A stretch of DNA of 64,000 nucleotides from NCBI GenBank assembly GCA_964394855.1, contig CAYMZD010000002.1, forward strand, positions 131,964-195,963, written 5' to 3'. The notes beneath the pieces were generated by a model that saw nothing but the letters and a program-made list of their open reading frames with translations, ran no database searches and was not told the origin of the DNA. Numbering within the stretch: the stretch's first letter is position 1; every line of letters starts with the position of its first letter. This document shows, piece by piece, positions 10,810 through 18,463 of the stretch. Both the position numbers and the translations under genes were made by a program. Source of the DNA: an uncultured Gammaproteobacteria bacterium. GTDB taxonomy: Bacteria; Patescibacteriota; Microgenomatia; Daviesbacterales; UBA10151.

Positions 10810-11208
10810 GTGGCTAATTCATATAGTGTTTCTGTGGGAAGAAGAAAAGAGTCAGTAGCCAGAGTAAGGCTTTTTTCGGGCAAAGGGGAAACAATTGTTA
10901 ATGGTAAAAAAATTAATGAATATTTTCCAGGAGAAGTGGCTAAAAAAACCTATCTGAAACCCTTTGAGGTTTCCAAAACTCAAGATAAATACTTCGCCAC
11001 TGTCAAAGTTGAAGGTGGGGGAATTTCTTCTCAACTAGGCGCTGTAGTACATGGAATTGCGCGTAGTTTAGCCAAAGCTGATGCGACCCAGTACAGAAAA
11101 CCATTAAAAATAGAGGGGTTGCTGACTCGTGACCCCAGGGCAAAGGAACGACGCAAATATGGTCATGCCCATAAGGCACGGGCTATGAAGCAATCACCCA
11201 AAAGATAA
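10810..11208 (+). CDS. rpsI: 30S ribosomal protein S9 (GTG start)
   Basis: 132 aa, C-terminal ...RKYGHAHKARAMKQSPKR typical of S9. Confidence 0.85.
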   Translation: MANSYSVSVGRRKESVARVRLFSGKGETIVNGKKINEYFPGEVAKKTYLKPFEVSKTQDKYFATVKVEGGGISSQLGAVVHGIARSLAKADATQYRKPLKIEGLLTRDPRAKERRKYGHAHKARAMKQSPKR

Positions 11209-11209
11209 T

Positions 11210-11794
11210 ATGGTAGCAGTGGATCAACCATTTATTGATTTTGAACTGTCTTTTTATGATCCCCAAACTAAAAAAGTGGGGAAAGTTTCACTGAGTAGTA
11301 TTCTCAAAAAAAAGGAGTGGTTTACTCTCTTTTTTTATCCGGCTGATTTTACCTTTGTTTGTCCAACAGAACTGGCAGACTTAGCCAAAAGATATCAAGA
11401 GTTTAAGAATGCAGATTGTCAAATTTATGCTGTTTCCACCGATACAGTTTATACACATAAAGCTTGGCTGGAAAAGGAAAAATTGCTGGAAAATGTTAAA
11501 TACCCGATGCTCTCGGATCATAGTGGAAAATTGTCACAGGAACTTTCAATTTTGGATGATAACGGTATGGCCCAGAGAGCCTATTACATCATTGATCCCA
11601 AAGGGGTGCTGCGAGCCATGCAAGTTGTCAGTGATAATATTGGTAGATCAGCTCAAGAAATTCTAAGACAGGTTAAGGCTTTAAAATATGTATCAGAACA
11701 TCCGGGTTTGGCGTGTCCTGCCAGTTGGGATATTGGTGAAAAAACTCTAAAACCCGATATTGCCATCTCCGGCAAGGTTTTTGAGAAACTGTGA
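11210..11794 (+). CDS. Peroxiredoxin (typical 2-Cys, AhpC/Tsa family)
   Basis: FTFVCPTE peroxidatic Cys motif and C-terminal resolving Cys region. Confidence 0.8.
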   Translation: MVAVDQPFIDFELSFYDPQTKKVGKVSLSSILKKKEWFTLFFYPADFTFVCPTELADLAKRYQEFKNADCQIYAVSTDTVYTHKAWLEKEKLLENVKYPMLSDHSGKLSQELSILDDNGMAQRAYYIIDPKGVLRAMQVVSDNIGRSAQEILRQVKALKYVSEHPGLACPASWDIGEKTLKPDIAISGKVFEKL

Positions 11795-11812
11795 GCAGTA
11801 AATCAGTGGTCT

Positions 11813-12559
11813 ATGGAGATACCTAAAACATTAGATCAATTAAATGAACAGTTAGATGGTTGGTCGGATATGTTAAAAGACCCATTATGGTATCAACAAG
11901 CTATGCCCATACTTTTAGATTGGTGGGAGAATTTCCCCAAGGATGAAACTAGAGAATTATTAAAGGATCGAATTTATCAATATTTTGCGGACAAATTAGA
12001 AAAAGGAGAAATTGTCCTTGGTCGTAAAGGACCAAATTTTGATCAGGAGAGGAAACCTGTTGACACTATCATTATTCATCACAGCAGCAGGAAACCGGGT
12101 GTATCTTGGCAAGAATTATCAGCCATTGGTTTTTTAAGACAATATGTTCATGATTACTATTTATATGATGACGTTTTTGATCAAGATACAAAAGATCAAC
12201 CTATCTGGTCCGGTCATTTTAGAGATGGTATCCAGGTATTTTATGCTTATCACTGGTTGGTTAGGATGAATGGTGAATCAGTTAGGTTGTTGGAGGATCA
12301 CTACTTGGGTTGGCATGCAGGTAATAGAGATGTTAACAGAAGAAGCATAGCTATAGTTTTAGATGGAGATTTTCAAAACAGTGAACCATCCCATCTATCC
12401 TTGGAAGGTGTTGCCAGACTAATGAGGGAACAGTATCCACATATTAAAACTGCCAAAATCTTAGGACATTTAGAAGTAAGTAAAACTGAATGTCCTGGTA
12501 GATTATTTTTACCTGTTTGGAAAAATAAACTACTTTCCAAATTCTTTGAGCCACAATAG
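11813..12559 (+). CDS. N-acetylmuramoyl-L-alanine amidase (Amidase_2/PGRP fold) with N-terminal extra domain
   Basis: IIIHHS...GWHAG...H..ECPG zinc-amidase motif pattern. Confidence 0.6.
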   Translation: MEIPKTLDQLNEQLDGWSDMLKDPLWYQQAMPILLDWWENFPKDETRELLKDRIYQYFADKLEKGEIVLGRKGPNFDQERKPVDTIIIHHSSRKPGVSWQELSAIGFLRQYVHDYYLYDDVFDQDTKDQPIWSGHFRDGIQVFYAYHWLVRMNGESVRLLEDHYLGWHAGNRDVNRRSIAIVLDGDFQNSEPSHLSLEGVARLMREQYPHIKTAKILGHLEVSKTECPGRLFLPVWKNKLLSKFFEPQ

Positions 12560-14162
12560 CATTGAAGTATGATGGATGATAAAATACTAGAGTTACGGGG
12601 TGTAGTTCATCGGTAGAACGCTCGCATGGGGTGCGAGAAGTAGCAGGTTCAATTCCTGTCACCCCGACCAAAAGTGAATCCGCAAGGCTGGCCGGAATTT
12701 GGCTCTGGCTGGGTGGGGTCAGCCAGAGCTCTGCAAAGCCCTGATTATATTTTGGGACAAGCCGCCGATCAGTTAAAAAGAAGTTCGAGCCGACAGTTTT
12801 TGCTCCGATTGCTAAATCGGAGCATGTATTTTTTGCGCGCGCGATTTTTGCGCACGATAGTGCGCTACCAATGAAGTTTTTGAAAGGTTCGAGCCAACTC
12901 GAACCATTTATGTTTATTTGTCCCAATTCTTCATTAATTTTTAATTTTTCTTCGAAAAATTCGTTCTTTTTTGACTTGTAAACTTCGGGTTCAATAATCC
13001 CTTCTAAATATCCATCAAGAAGTTTATTAAGTTTTATATCCATGTCTTTCAGTTCCAACTCCAATTTTTCAATGTTCTCATGAATGGATACAGTTTCTAA
13101 TTTTTTATCTTCCTCTAACCGTTTGTACCAGTCATTAGCCCACTCTTGGGGTAACGCTACATCGTCAATGGCTTTTCTAAATTGGGTTTCTAATTCCGGT
13201 TCTGAAATATATTTTTGAGTGCAAGGTTTTAACTTTTTAGTGCAACGGTAGTAAATATATTCTACAGTTCTATCGGTACCTTTATAATATTTCTTGTGAG
13301 ATTCAGCGGTGATGCTTGCCCCGCACTCTCCGCATTTTATCAAACCCATAAAGGCAAAGTTATATCTTCTTTTTTTGTGTCTGTCTCTAAACTTTAATTC
13401 TTGCTGGACTTTTTGGAATAACTCTTTTGAAATTATTGTTTTATGATTTCCTTCGTGATACTCTCCGTTGTACTCCATAATGCCAACATAAAATCTATTG
13501 GCTAAAATTCTTCTGATTTCGTTTATATGTAATGGCTTATTATTTTTTCTTTTAAGATGAAATTTATGGAGAAACAAAGCAATATCGGTAAATGTTTTGT
13601 TGCCTTCTGCAAATAATTCAAATGCCTTCTTAATTGCTTTTAATTTTTCCGGCTCAACATCTATCCCTCTAGTTTTTGGATTGTTAATATAACCATCAGG
13701 AGCTTTGCCAGGATAAACACCGTTTCGGAGTTTTTGACGTAACCCTCTTTTTACATTTTCCGATAAATTATCCACATAATACTTAGACTGTCCAAAAGCT
13801 ATATTTAACATGAATTTTCCTTGGGGAGTATTTTCAAACCAAGAGGTCGGAAACTTTAGATCAAGCAGTTTTCCGGTATCAAGAAGATAAATTATTTTCC
13901 CGCCATCAATACTATTTCTTGCTAATCGGTCGGGGTGCCAGGCGATAATCCCTCCTATCTGTTGTTTTTCTATCTTCTTTAAAACTTCTGCAAATTTCTC
14001 TCTGCCAGGAACCTTAGCTGTTTTTTCTTCTTCCACAAATTCAGTAATTTCCAAACGTTCTCTTTTTGCGTACTCCTTCAACTCCGCTATTTGAGCAGAG
14101 ATAGATAATATCTGTTTGTCTTTTTCTTCCCGAGATTTTCTGCAATAGGCTATGTATTTCAT
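12444..14162 (-). CDS. Large serine recombinase (resolvase catalytic domain + recombinase domain + zinc ribbon + coiled coil); C-terminal about 107 codons read through IR1, the tRNA and the antisense end of the amidase gene
   Basis: N-terminal YCRKS...Q catalytic motif as in TnpX/Ccr/SpoIVCA-type large serine recombinases, DRLARN region, CGECG...YYRC zinc ribbon, long coiled-coil; no in-frame stop until 12444. Confidence 0.8.
   Translation of the reverse strand: MKYIAYCRKSREEKDKQILSISAQIAELKEYAKRERLEITEFVEEEKTAKVPGREKFAEVLKKIEKQQIGGIIAWHPDRLARNSIDGGKIIYLLDTGKLLDLKFPTSWFENTPQGKFMLNIAFGQSKYYVDNLSENVKRGLRQKLRNGVYPGKAPDGYINNPKTRGIDVEPEKLKAIKKAFELFAEGNKTFTDIALFLHKFHLKRKNNKPLHINEIRRILANRFYVGIMEYNGEYHEGNHKTIISKELFQKVQQELKFRDRHKKRRYNFAFMGLIKCGECGASITAESHKKYYKGTDRTVEYIYYRCTKKLKPCTQKYISEPELETQFRKAIDDVALPQEWANDWYKRLEEDKKLETVSIHENIEKLELELKDMDIKLNKLLDGYLEGIIEPEVYKSKKNEFFEEKLKINEELGQININGSSWLEPFKNFIGSALSCAKIARAKNTCSDLAIGAKTVGSNFFLTDRRLVPKYNQGFAELWLTPPSQSQIPASLADSLLVGVTGIEPATSRTPCERSTDELHPVTLVFYHPSYFNAIVAQRIWKVVYFSKQVKIIYQDIQFYLLLNVLRFWQF
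12596..12670 (+). tRNA. tRNA-Pro (anticodon GGG), CCA encoded
   Basis: Cloverleaf folds by hand: acceptor CGGGGTG/CACCCCG, D stem GTTC/GAAC, anticodon stem CTCGC/GCGAG with loop ATGGGGT (U33, GGG, G37), T arm GCAGG-TTCAATT-CCTGT, discriminator A, CCA. Confidence 0.85.
12665..12767. repeat. IR1 left copy (103 bp), starts inside tRNA-Pro 3' end (CGACCA)
   Basis: Perfect reverse-complement of 14209-14311; contains internal hairpin GCTCTGGCTG-N8-CAGCCAGAGC at 12702-12729. Confidence 0.9.
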
Positions 14163-14208
14163 ACAAGTAAAATTTTTGCGTGTCTTCCCGTTTTTTGTTC
14201 TTTTTAAC

Positions 14209-14395
14209 CGGCGGCTTGTCCCAAAATATAATCAGGGCTTTGCAGAGCTCTGGCTGACCCCACCCAGCCAGAGCCAAATTCCGGCCAGCCTTGCGGATTC
14301 ACTTTTGGTCGAGCTTTACAAAAAAATTCGAACCCGCTTTAAGTCGAATCGGTAGCCCGCCTTCGGCGGGCTTTTGTTCCGCTCGGCCTTCGGCC
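14209..14395. repeat. 187-bp composite repeat block: IR1 right copy (14209-14311) fused to IR2 left copy (14308-14395)
   Basis: Reverse complement equals 21405-21492 joined to 12665-12767 with 4-nt CGAC overlap; includes terminator-like hairpin AGCCCGCC-TTC-GGCGGGCT followed by TTTTGTT. Confidence 0.9.
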
Positions 14396-14659
14396 GAAGC
14401 TCTAAAACTGTCGGCCGAACTCCGCCAAAGGCGGACAAAAAACGCAAAAATTTAATGCACCCCTCGCCAAAGGCGAGGCAAAGAACTTTTCAAAAATTAA
14501 AATGGCCGCTCTGGCGTACTCAAATCCTTGCGAATGTGTCCAAAGCGGCCATTAAAAAACCGAGAGTCAAATTTGAGCACCGTTTTAATATAGCAGGTTA
14601 TAAGAAGTTTTCAACTGAGAGTTTCTGTATCAAAATGCTAAGGTTTTTTTAAACTTTTC

Positions 14660-14899
14660 TTAATGTTCGGTATCTTTTCTCGAAATCGGATCGTTGCTAT
14701 TTATTGTATCTTTGCTTCTAATCTGCCCATGTTGATTTTGAGTAATTAACTCTCCTCCACCATTGTTTTGTAGAACATTTCTTCCGTAATTCTCTGCATC
14801 TCTTTGAGTATCGAAGATACGAGAGGCTCTCTCGGCTCCTTCTTTCTGTGCTTTCCACTGATCACTATCTGGAGATATCCAAATATTTTTACTTGCCAT
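14660..14899 (-). CDS. DUF2188-family small protein (79 aa from internal ATG)
   Basis: MASKNIWISPDSDQWKAQKEGAERASRIFDTQRDAENYGRNV... matches DUF2188 pattern; strong SD AAAGGGGGTGGGG 7 nt upstream of ATG at 14899. Confidence 0.55.
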   Translation of the reverse strand: MASKNIWISPDSDQWKAQKEGAERASRIFDTQRDAENYGRNVLQNNGGGELITQNQHGQIRSKDTINSNDPISRKDTEH

Positions 14900-15833
14900 T
14901 CTTTTCCCCACCCCCTTTAATAAGTTCTTCAATCTTTTTCTTCCAACCGACGCGATGTATTACCCGGGCTTTTTGTAATTTTTCATTCAATATTTCCGCC
15001 TTTGTTTTTTTGGATATCTCTTCCCACAATTCACTGAGCACATAAGTTGCATTACCGTAATACATGCTTTCTAAGACATAGAGCTTGTTTTCTGTAAAGC
15101 CATGCACAATATAACCATGAAATCCTCCAGTCCCGATGGCTCTAAAATCCGGCTTAAGCGCGTTTACGGTTTTCAAACGATAGTAGAGTATTTGCTGATT
15201 TCCCCTTGGCGCACTTTTAACTATTGGCTCTACCTCTTTTCTAAATTTTTCCCATGGCATCTCTCCTTGCGGAAGCACTACCCAGTTGAGTCTTTTTAAA
15301 GGAGTCTTTAGAATTACTTCCAAATTTTCAGTAAAAAATTCACACTCTCCAAAATATTCAAGGAATAAGTTTACAACATGTTTTAAAACTTTATTGTTCT
15401 CTTCTGTTTTTTCTAGTGCTGGTGCAGTTAGTAAAAATATATCTTCCGCATTCAGAGATAGCATAAGCTCAATTGAGGGTGGAGGTATGAAGGAACGAGG
15501 ATATCTTTTGTAAGGAACATCGACAATTTTGGATTGTTCAACTCTATATGGACCATGCCATTCCGTCCAATGCCAATCAATTTGCCTGTAAGCGGTTTCC
15601 ATTGGCGAATCTTTATGTTTAATTATCTTACCTTCTGCATTATACTTACTAATATTTCCAAGCGATGCTGGAAGGATAGATTGTCCTTTTTGATAAGGCT
15701 CTAAAAAACCTAGGCGTTTTAAAGTTGTGGAAAATCTTAAAGGATCAGTAATGCCAATAATAATTTTAGAGCCATTTTGGATATGGCTAATATATGGAGA
15801 TATGTTTCGAATACGCTTTTTCTGTATAATCAT
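14889..15833 (-). CDS. Hypothetical protein (314 aa), no recognisable family
   Basis: Long ORF, divergent from lexA-like gene, co-directional and overlapping by 11 nt with DUF2188 gene. Confidence 0.5.
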   Translation of the reverse strand: MIIQKKRIRNISPYISHIQNGSKIIIGITDPLRFSTTLKRLGFLEPYQKGQSILPASLGNISKYNAEGKIIKHKDSPMETAYRQIDWHWTEWHGPYRVEQSKIVDVPYKRYPRSFIPPPSIELMLSLNAEDIFLLTAPALEKTEENNKVLKHVVNLFLEYFGECEFFTENLEVILKTPLKRLNWVVLPQGEMPWEKFRKEVEPIVKSAPRGNQQILYYRLKTVNALKPDFRAIGTGGFHGYIVHGFTENKLYVLESMYYGNATYVLSELWEEISKKTKAEILNEKLQKARVIHRVGWKKKIEELIKGGGEKNGK

Positions 15834-15912
15834 TTTTATAATAACCGTTTTTCTTAGACAGTAAGAAATCTATACTTGACATTATTATAACAGATGTGGT
15901 AGGATTTACAAG

Positions 15913-15932
15913 GTGGTAAATAATAACCACCT
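15913..15932. promoter_or_regulatory. Inverted repeat GGTGGT-N8-ACCACC immediately upstream of lexA-like start; intergenic region also has three direct copies of ATAATAAC(C)
   Basis: Seen directly; candidate operator or SD-sequestering hairpin in the divergent promoter region 15834-15935. Confidence 0.35.
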
Positions 15933-15935
15933 ATT

Positions 15936-16559
15936 ATGCAATATTTACCCTCAAAAACAGAAAAAGTTTTACAAACTCTTATTCAATTCCAAAACAAAAA
16001 CGGTTACTCTCCTTCGATAACAGAGTTAAAAACTATCGTTGGAAATAAATCCACGCGCGGAATTGTTTTGCAATTAGATAAACTGCAGAAACTGGGTTAT
16101 ATCCAGCGTGAAAAAAACTCGAGGCGGGCAATTAAAATATTACGTAAGCCCATAAAAATTAATAAGGAAACTATGATTAATGTTCCTGTCCTTGGCGAGA
16201 TTAGGGCCGGCTATGGTTCTTTGGCTGAACAAAATATTGAAGGCTATGAAAAGATTCCCCTACTCTTGGCGAAAGGTCAAAGAGATGTCTTCATACTTCG
16301 GGTCAAAGGGACAAGTATGTTAAAAGCGGGCATAAATCCAGGAGATTTAGCCATAATAGCACCACAAAACAACGCTAATAACGGAGACATTGTAATTGCT
16401 TTTGATCCAGATGATGAAACAGCAACGCTAAAAAGATTTAAGCGATTGCAAGATTATGTTATGCTTTTACCAGAAAGCGATGATCCAAGTTATCAGCCTA
16501 AAATCGGAAAACAATTTGTAATACAAGGTAAATTTATAGACTTATTAAGAAAAAACTAA
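15936..16559 (+). CDS. LexA-family repressor (winged-helix DNA-binding domain + S24 peptidase domain)
   Basis: N-terminal LexA DNA-binding domain (GYSPSITELKTIVGNKSTRG...LQKLGYIQRE...RAIKIL), Ala-Gly cleavage site (IRAGYG), catalytic Ser in GTSM and Lys in KRFKR. Confidence 0.75.
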   Translation: MQYLPSKTEKVLQTLIQFQNKNGYSPSITELKTIVGNKSTRGIVLQLDKLQKLGYIQREKNSRRAIKILRKPIKINKETMINVPVLGEIRAGYGSLAEQNIEGYEKIPLLLAKGQRDVFILRVKGTSMLKAGINPGDLAIIAPQNNANNGDIVIAFDPDDETATLKRFKRLQDYVMLLPESDDPSYQPKIGKQFVIQGKFIDLLRKN

Positions 16560-16564
16560 CTCTT

Positions 16565-18463
16565 ATGATTTTTAAACCTGCCATAAATAATTCAAAAAAG
16601 ATTTTCTCAATATACAATTCTCTTTCTTCAAGTGGCTTATCAGATGCTCAAATAATTAGTGCCCTTTTAAATTTGTTGAAGACAAAAAATATTGATAATG
16701 ACCTGACGTTGCTCGTTTTATTTTCTGATCTCTACACAAATCATAATTTAGATTTTATTAGTGTAATAGAATTAATTGGCCTTGCTCACCAAAAAGCTAA
16801 AGAAAAATCCTCCATTTCAGGCACTGATGAAAGAAAACATAATGGGATCTACTATACTAATTATTCCATTGCTAAACGAATAGCCGAAGAAACTCTTTCT
16901 TTTTATGGTAAAGATTTTGATCCTGCCAAAAATAAATTTCTTGAACCCTGTGCCGGAACGGGGATATTTGGGATTGCTTATTTAGATACAATTTTTCAGT
17001 TAGATAAAAAGTATATTTTAAATGCACAAAATATTATAAATAATATGTTTTTTGCTGACATAGACGGAGAAGCTATTGCATTGTTAAAAACAATTATTAA
17101 TCTTTATCTTAAAGCAAAATATTCTGTTAACGCATCAGTACCGGATAAAAATATCTTTATTGGCAACGTCCTATTTAGAAATAATACTGATGGGTCTATA
17201 TCAAAAAATGATCTTACAATTCAATTCAATATAAAAGATGGGTTCGATGTAGTATTAACAAACCCTCCTTACAAATTACTTAAGGCAAATTCAAACAAGT
17301 ATAATGAGGTTACGGACAATTACAAAGATGAGATAACAAAAATATTGGATTTTATTAGAAAACACAATGCTTATAAATTTAATTCAGGTACTTTAAATCT
17401 TTATAAACTTTTTGTTGAAGAAATTCTCGAAAATTATACTAAAAAAGATGGCAAGATAGGATTGCTTATTCCATCTACATTACTTAGTGATAAACAAAGT
17501 TACGAATTAAGAAAAAGAATACTTGAGAATTACTACCTCTCAACAATATATACGATTCCAGAAAAAAATAACTTCTTTTTAGATATTAGCCAAGCATTCT
17601 GTTTTTTTTCCCTAGATAAAAGTAATTCTTCGGGTGAATTAATACTAAAAACAAATGTATCCGATGTGGGAGGGTTTAATAAAGAAAATATATCCGTAAG
17701 CAAAATGCGGATAAGTATGATTTCCACCTTACAGGAAATAATTTCTACCGACAAAATAGGCTGGCAGATCTTAAATAAGATGCACAAAAATAAAAAACTT
17801 AAAGAGATTTCATCTATTACTAATTTAAGAGGCGAACTCGATTTAACTCTGGATAAAAAATTCATCATAAATGAAGGAAGTGAATATAATCTCCTTCGTG
17901 GTAATGGAATAAAGGAGTTTATTTTCAGTAAAGACAATCTATTTGTTGATAATAAATTTATTAACAAATTAAACGGAAAAGCAAAATTTTTATTATCAGA
18001 GAGAATAGTATGCCAACAAATATCAAATATAAATCTTACAAAGAGATTAAAGTTCTCTAAAGTGCCCAAAAATATTGTTTTAGGAAACTCTTGTAATTTC
18101 ATTGTCACAAATTCAGATACTCTATTCTTGGAATCCAATATTAGCCTAGATTATTTACTGGGCGTTCTTAATTCATTTCTCTTAAACTGGCGGTTTCAAT
18201 TAACTAGCTCCAACAATCACATAGGCAACTATGAATTAGACGAACTTCCTTTGGCGATTCCTGACTTAAAACAAAAATCAATAGTAGAGGATTTTGTTGA
18301 TAAACTTGTTGAAGATCCAAACAATAATGAATATAAAGTTAAATTAAATGTTGCAGTATTTGATATATATGGATTAGACCATGAAGAAGCTTTATACATA
18401 TTAGATAAGCATCGAAAAAACGATGTGGCAGAATTAACAGGTAAATATATGCATCAACTATGA
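16565..18463 (+). CDS. N6-adenine DNA methyltransferase, gamma class (motif X - I - IV order), with C-terminal target-recognition region
   Basis: GIYYTNYSIAKRI (motif X), EPCAGTGIFG (motif I), NPPY (motif IV); starts 5 nt after lexA-like stop. Confidence 0.8.
   Translation: MIFKPAINNSKKIFSIYNSLSSSGLSDAQIISALLNLLKTKNIDNDLTLLVLFSDLYTNHNLDFISVIELIGLAHQKAKEKSSISGTDERKHNGIYYTNYSIAKRIAEETLSFYGKDFDPAKNKFLEPCAGTGIFGIAYLDTIFQLDKKYILNAQNIINNMFFADIDGEAIALLKTIINLYLKAKYSVNASVPDKNIFIGNVLFRNNTDGSISKNDLTIQFNIKDGFDVVLTNPPYKLLKANSNKYNEVTDNYKDEITKILDFIRKHNAYKFNSGTLNLYKLFVEEILENYTKKDGKIGLLIPSTLLSDKQSYELRKRILENYYLSTIYTIPEKNNFFLDISQAFCFFSLDKSNSSGELILKTNVSDVGGFNKENISVSKMRISMISTLQEIISTDKIGWQILNKMHKNKKLKEISSITNLRGELDLTLDKKFIINEGSEYNLLRGNGIKEFIFSKDNLFVDNKFINKLNGKAKFLLSERIVCQQISNINLTKRLKFSKVPKNIVLGNSCNFIVTNSDTLFLESNISLDYLLGVLNSFLLNWRFQLTSSNNHIGNYELDELPLAIPDLKQKSIVEDFVDKLVEDPNNNEYKVKLNVAVFDIYGLDHEEALYILDKHRKNDVAELTGKYMHQL

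Noticed and set aside
14312-14560. Cluster of GC-rich hairpins (CCCGCC-TTC-GGCGGG, CGGCC-TTCG-GCCG, CCGCC-AAAG-GCGG, CCTCGCC-AAAG-GCGAGG) that looked like a short repeat array
   Set aside because: Units are not identical and not regularly spaced, so this is not a CRISPR array. Part of it is the IR2 block, and the rest is better read as terminator-like or structured flanking sequence of the element.
14374-14652. ORF 14374..14652 (+, 92 aa) and ORF 14152..14355 (+, 67 aa)
   Set aside because: They lie inside the repeat/hairpin region. The 67-aa ORF merely mirrors the recombinase read-through peptide because of the inverted repeat. Both are Arg/Lys-rich and low-complexity with no RBS, so likely non-coding.
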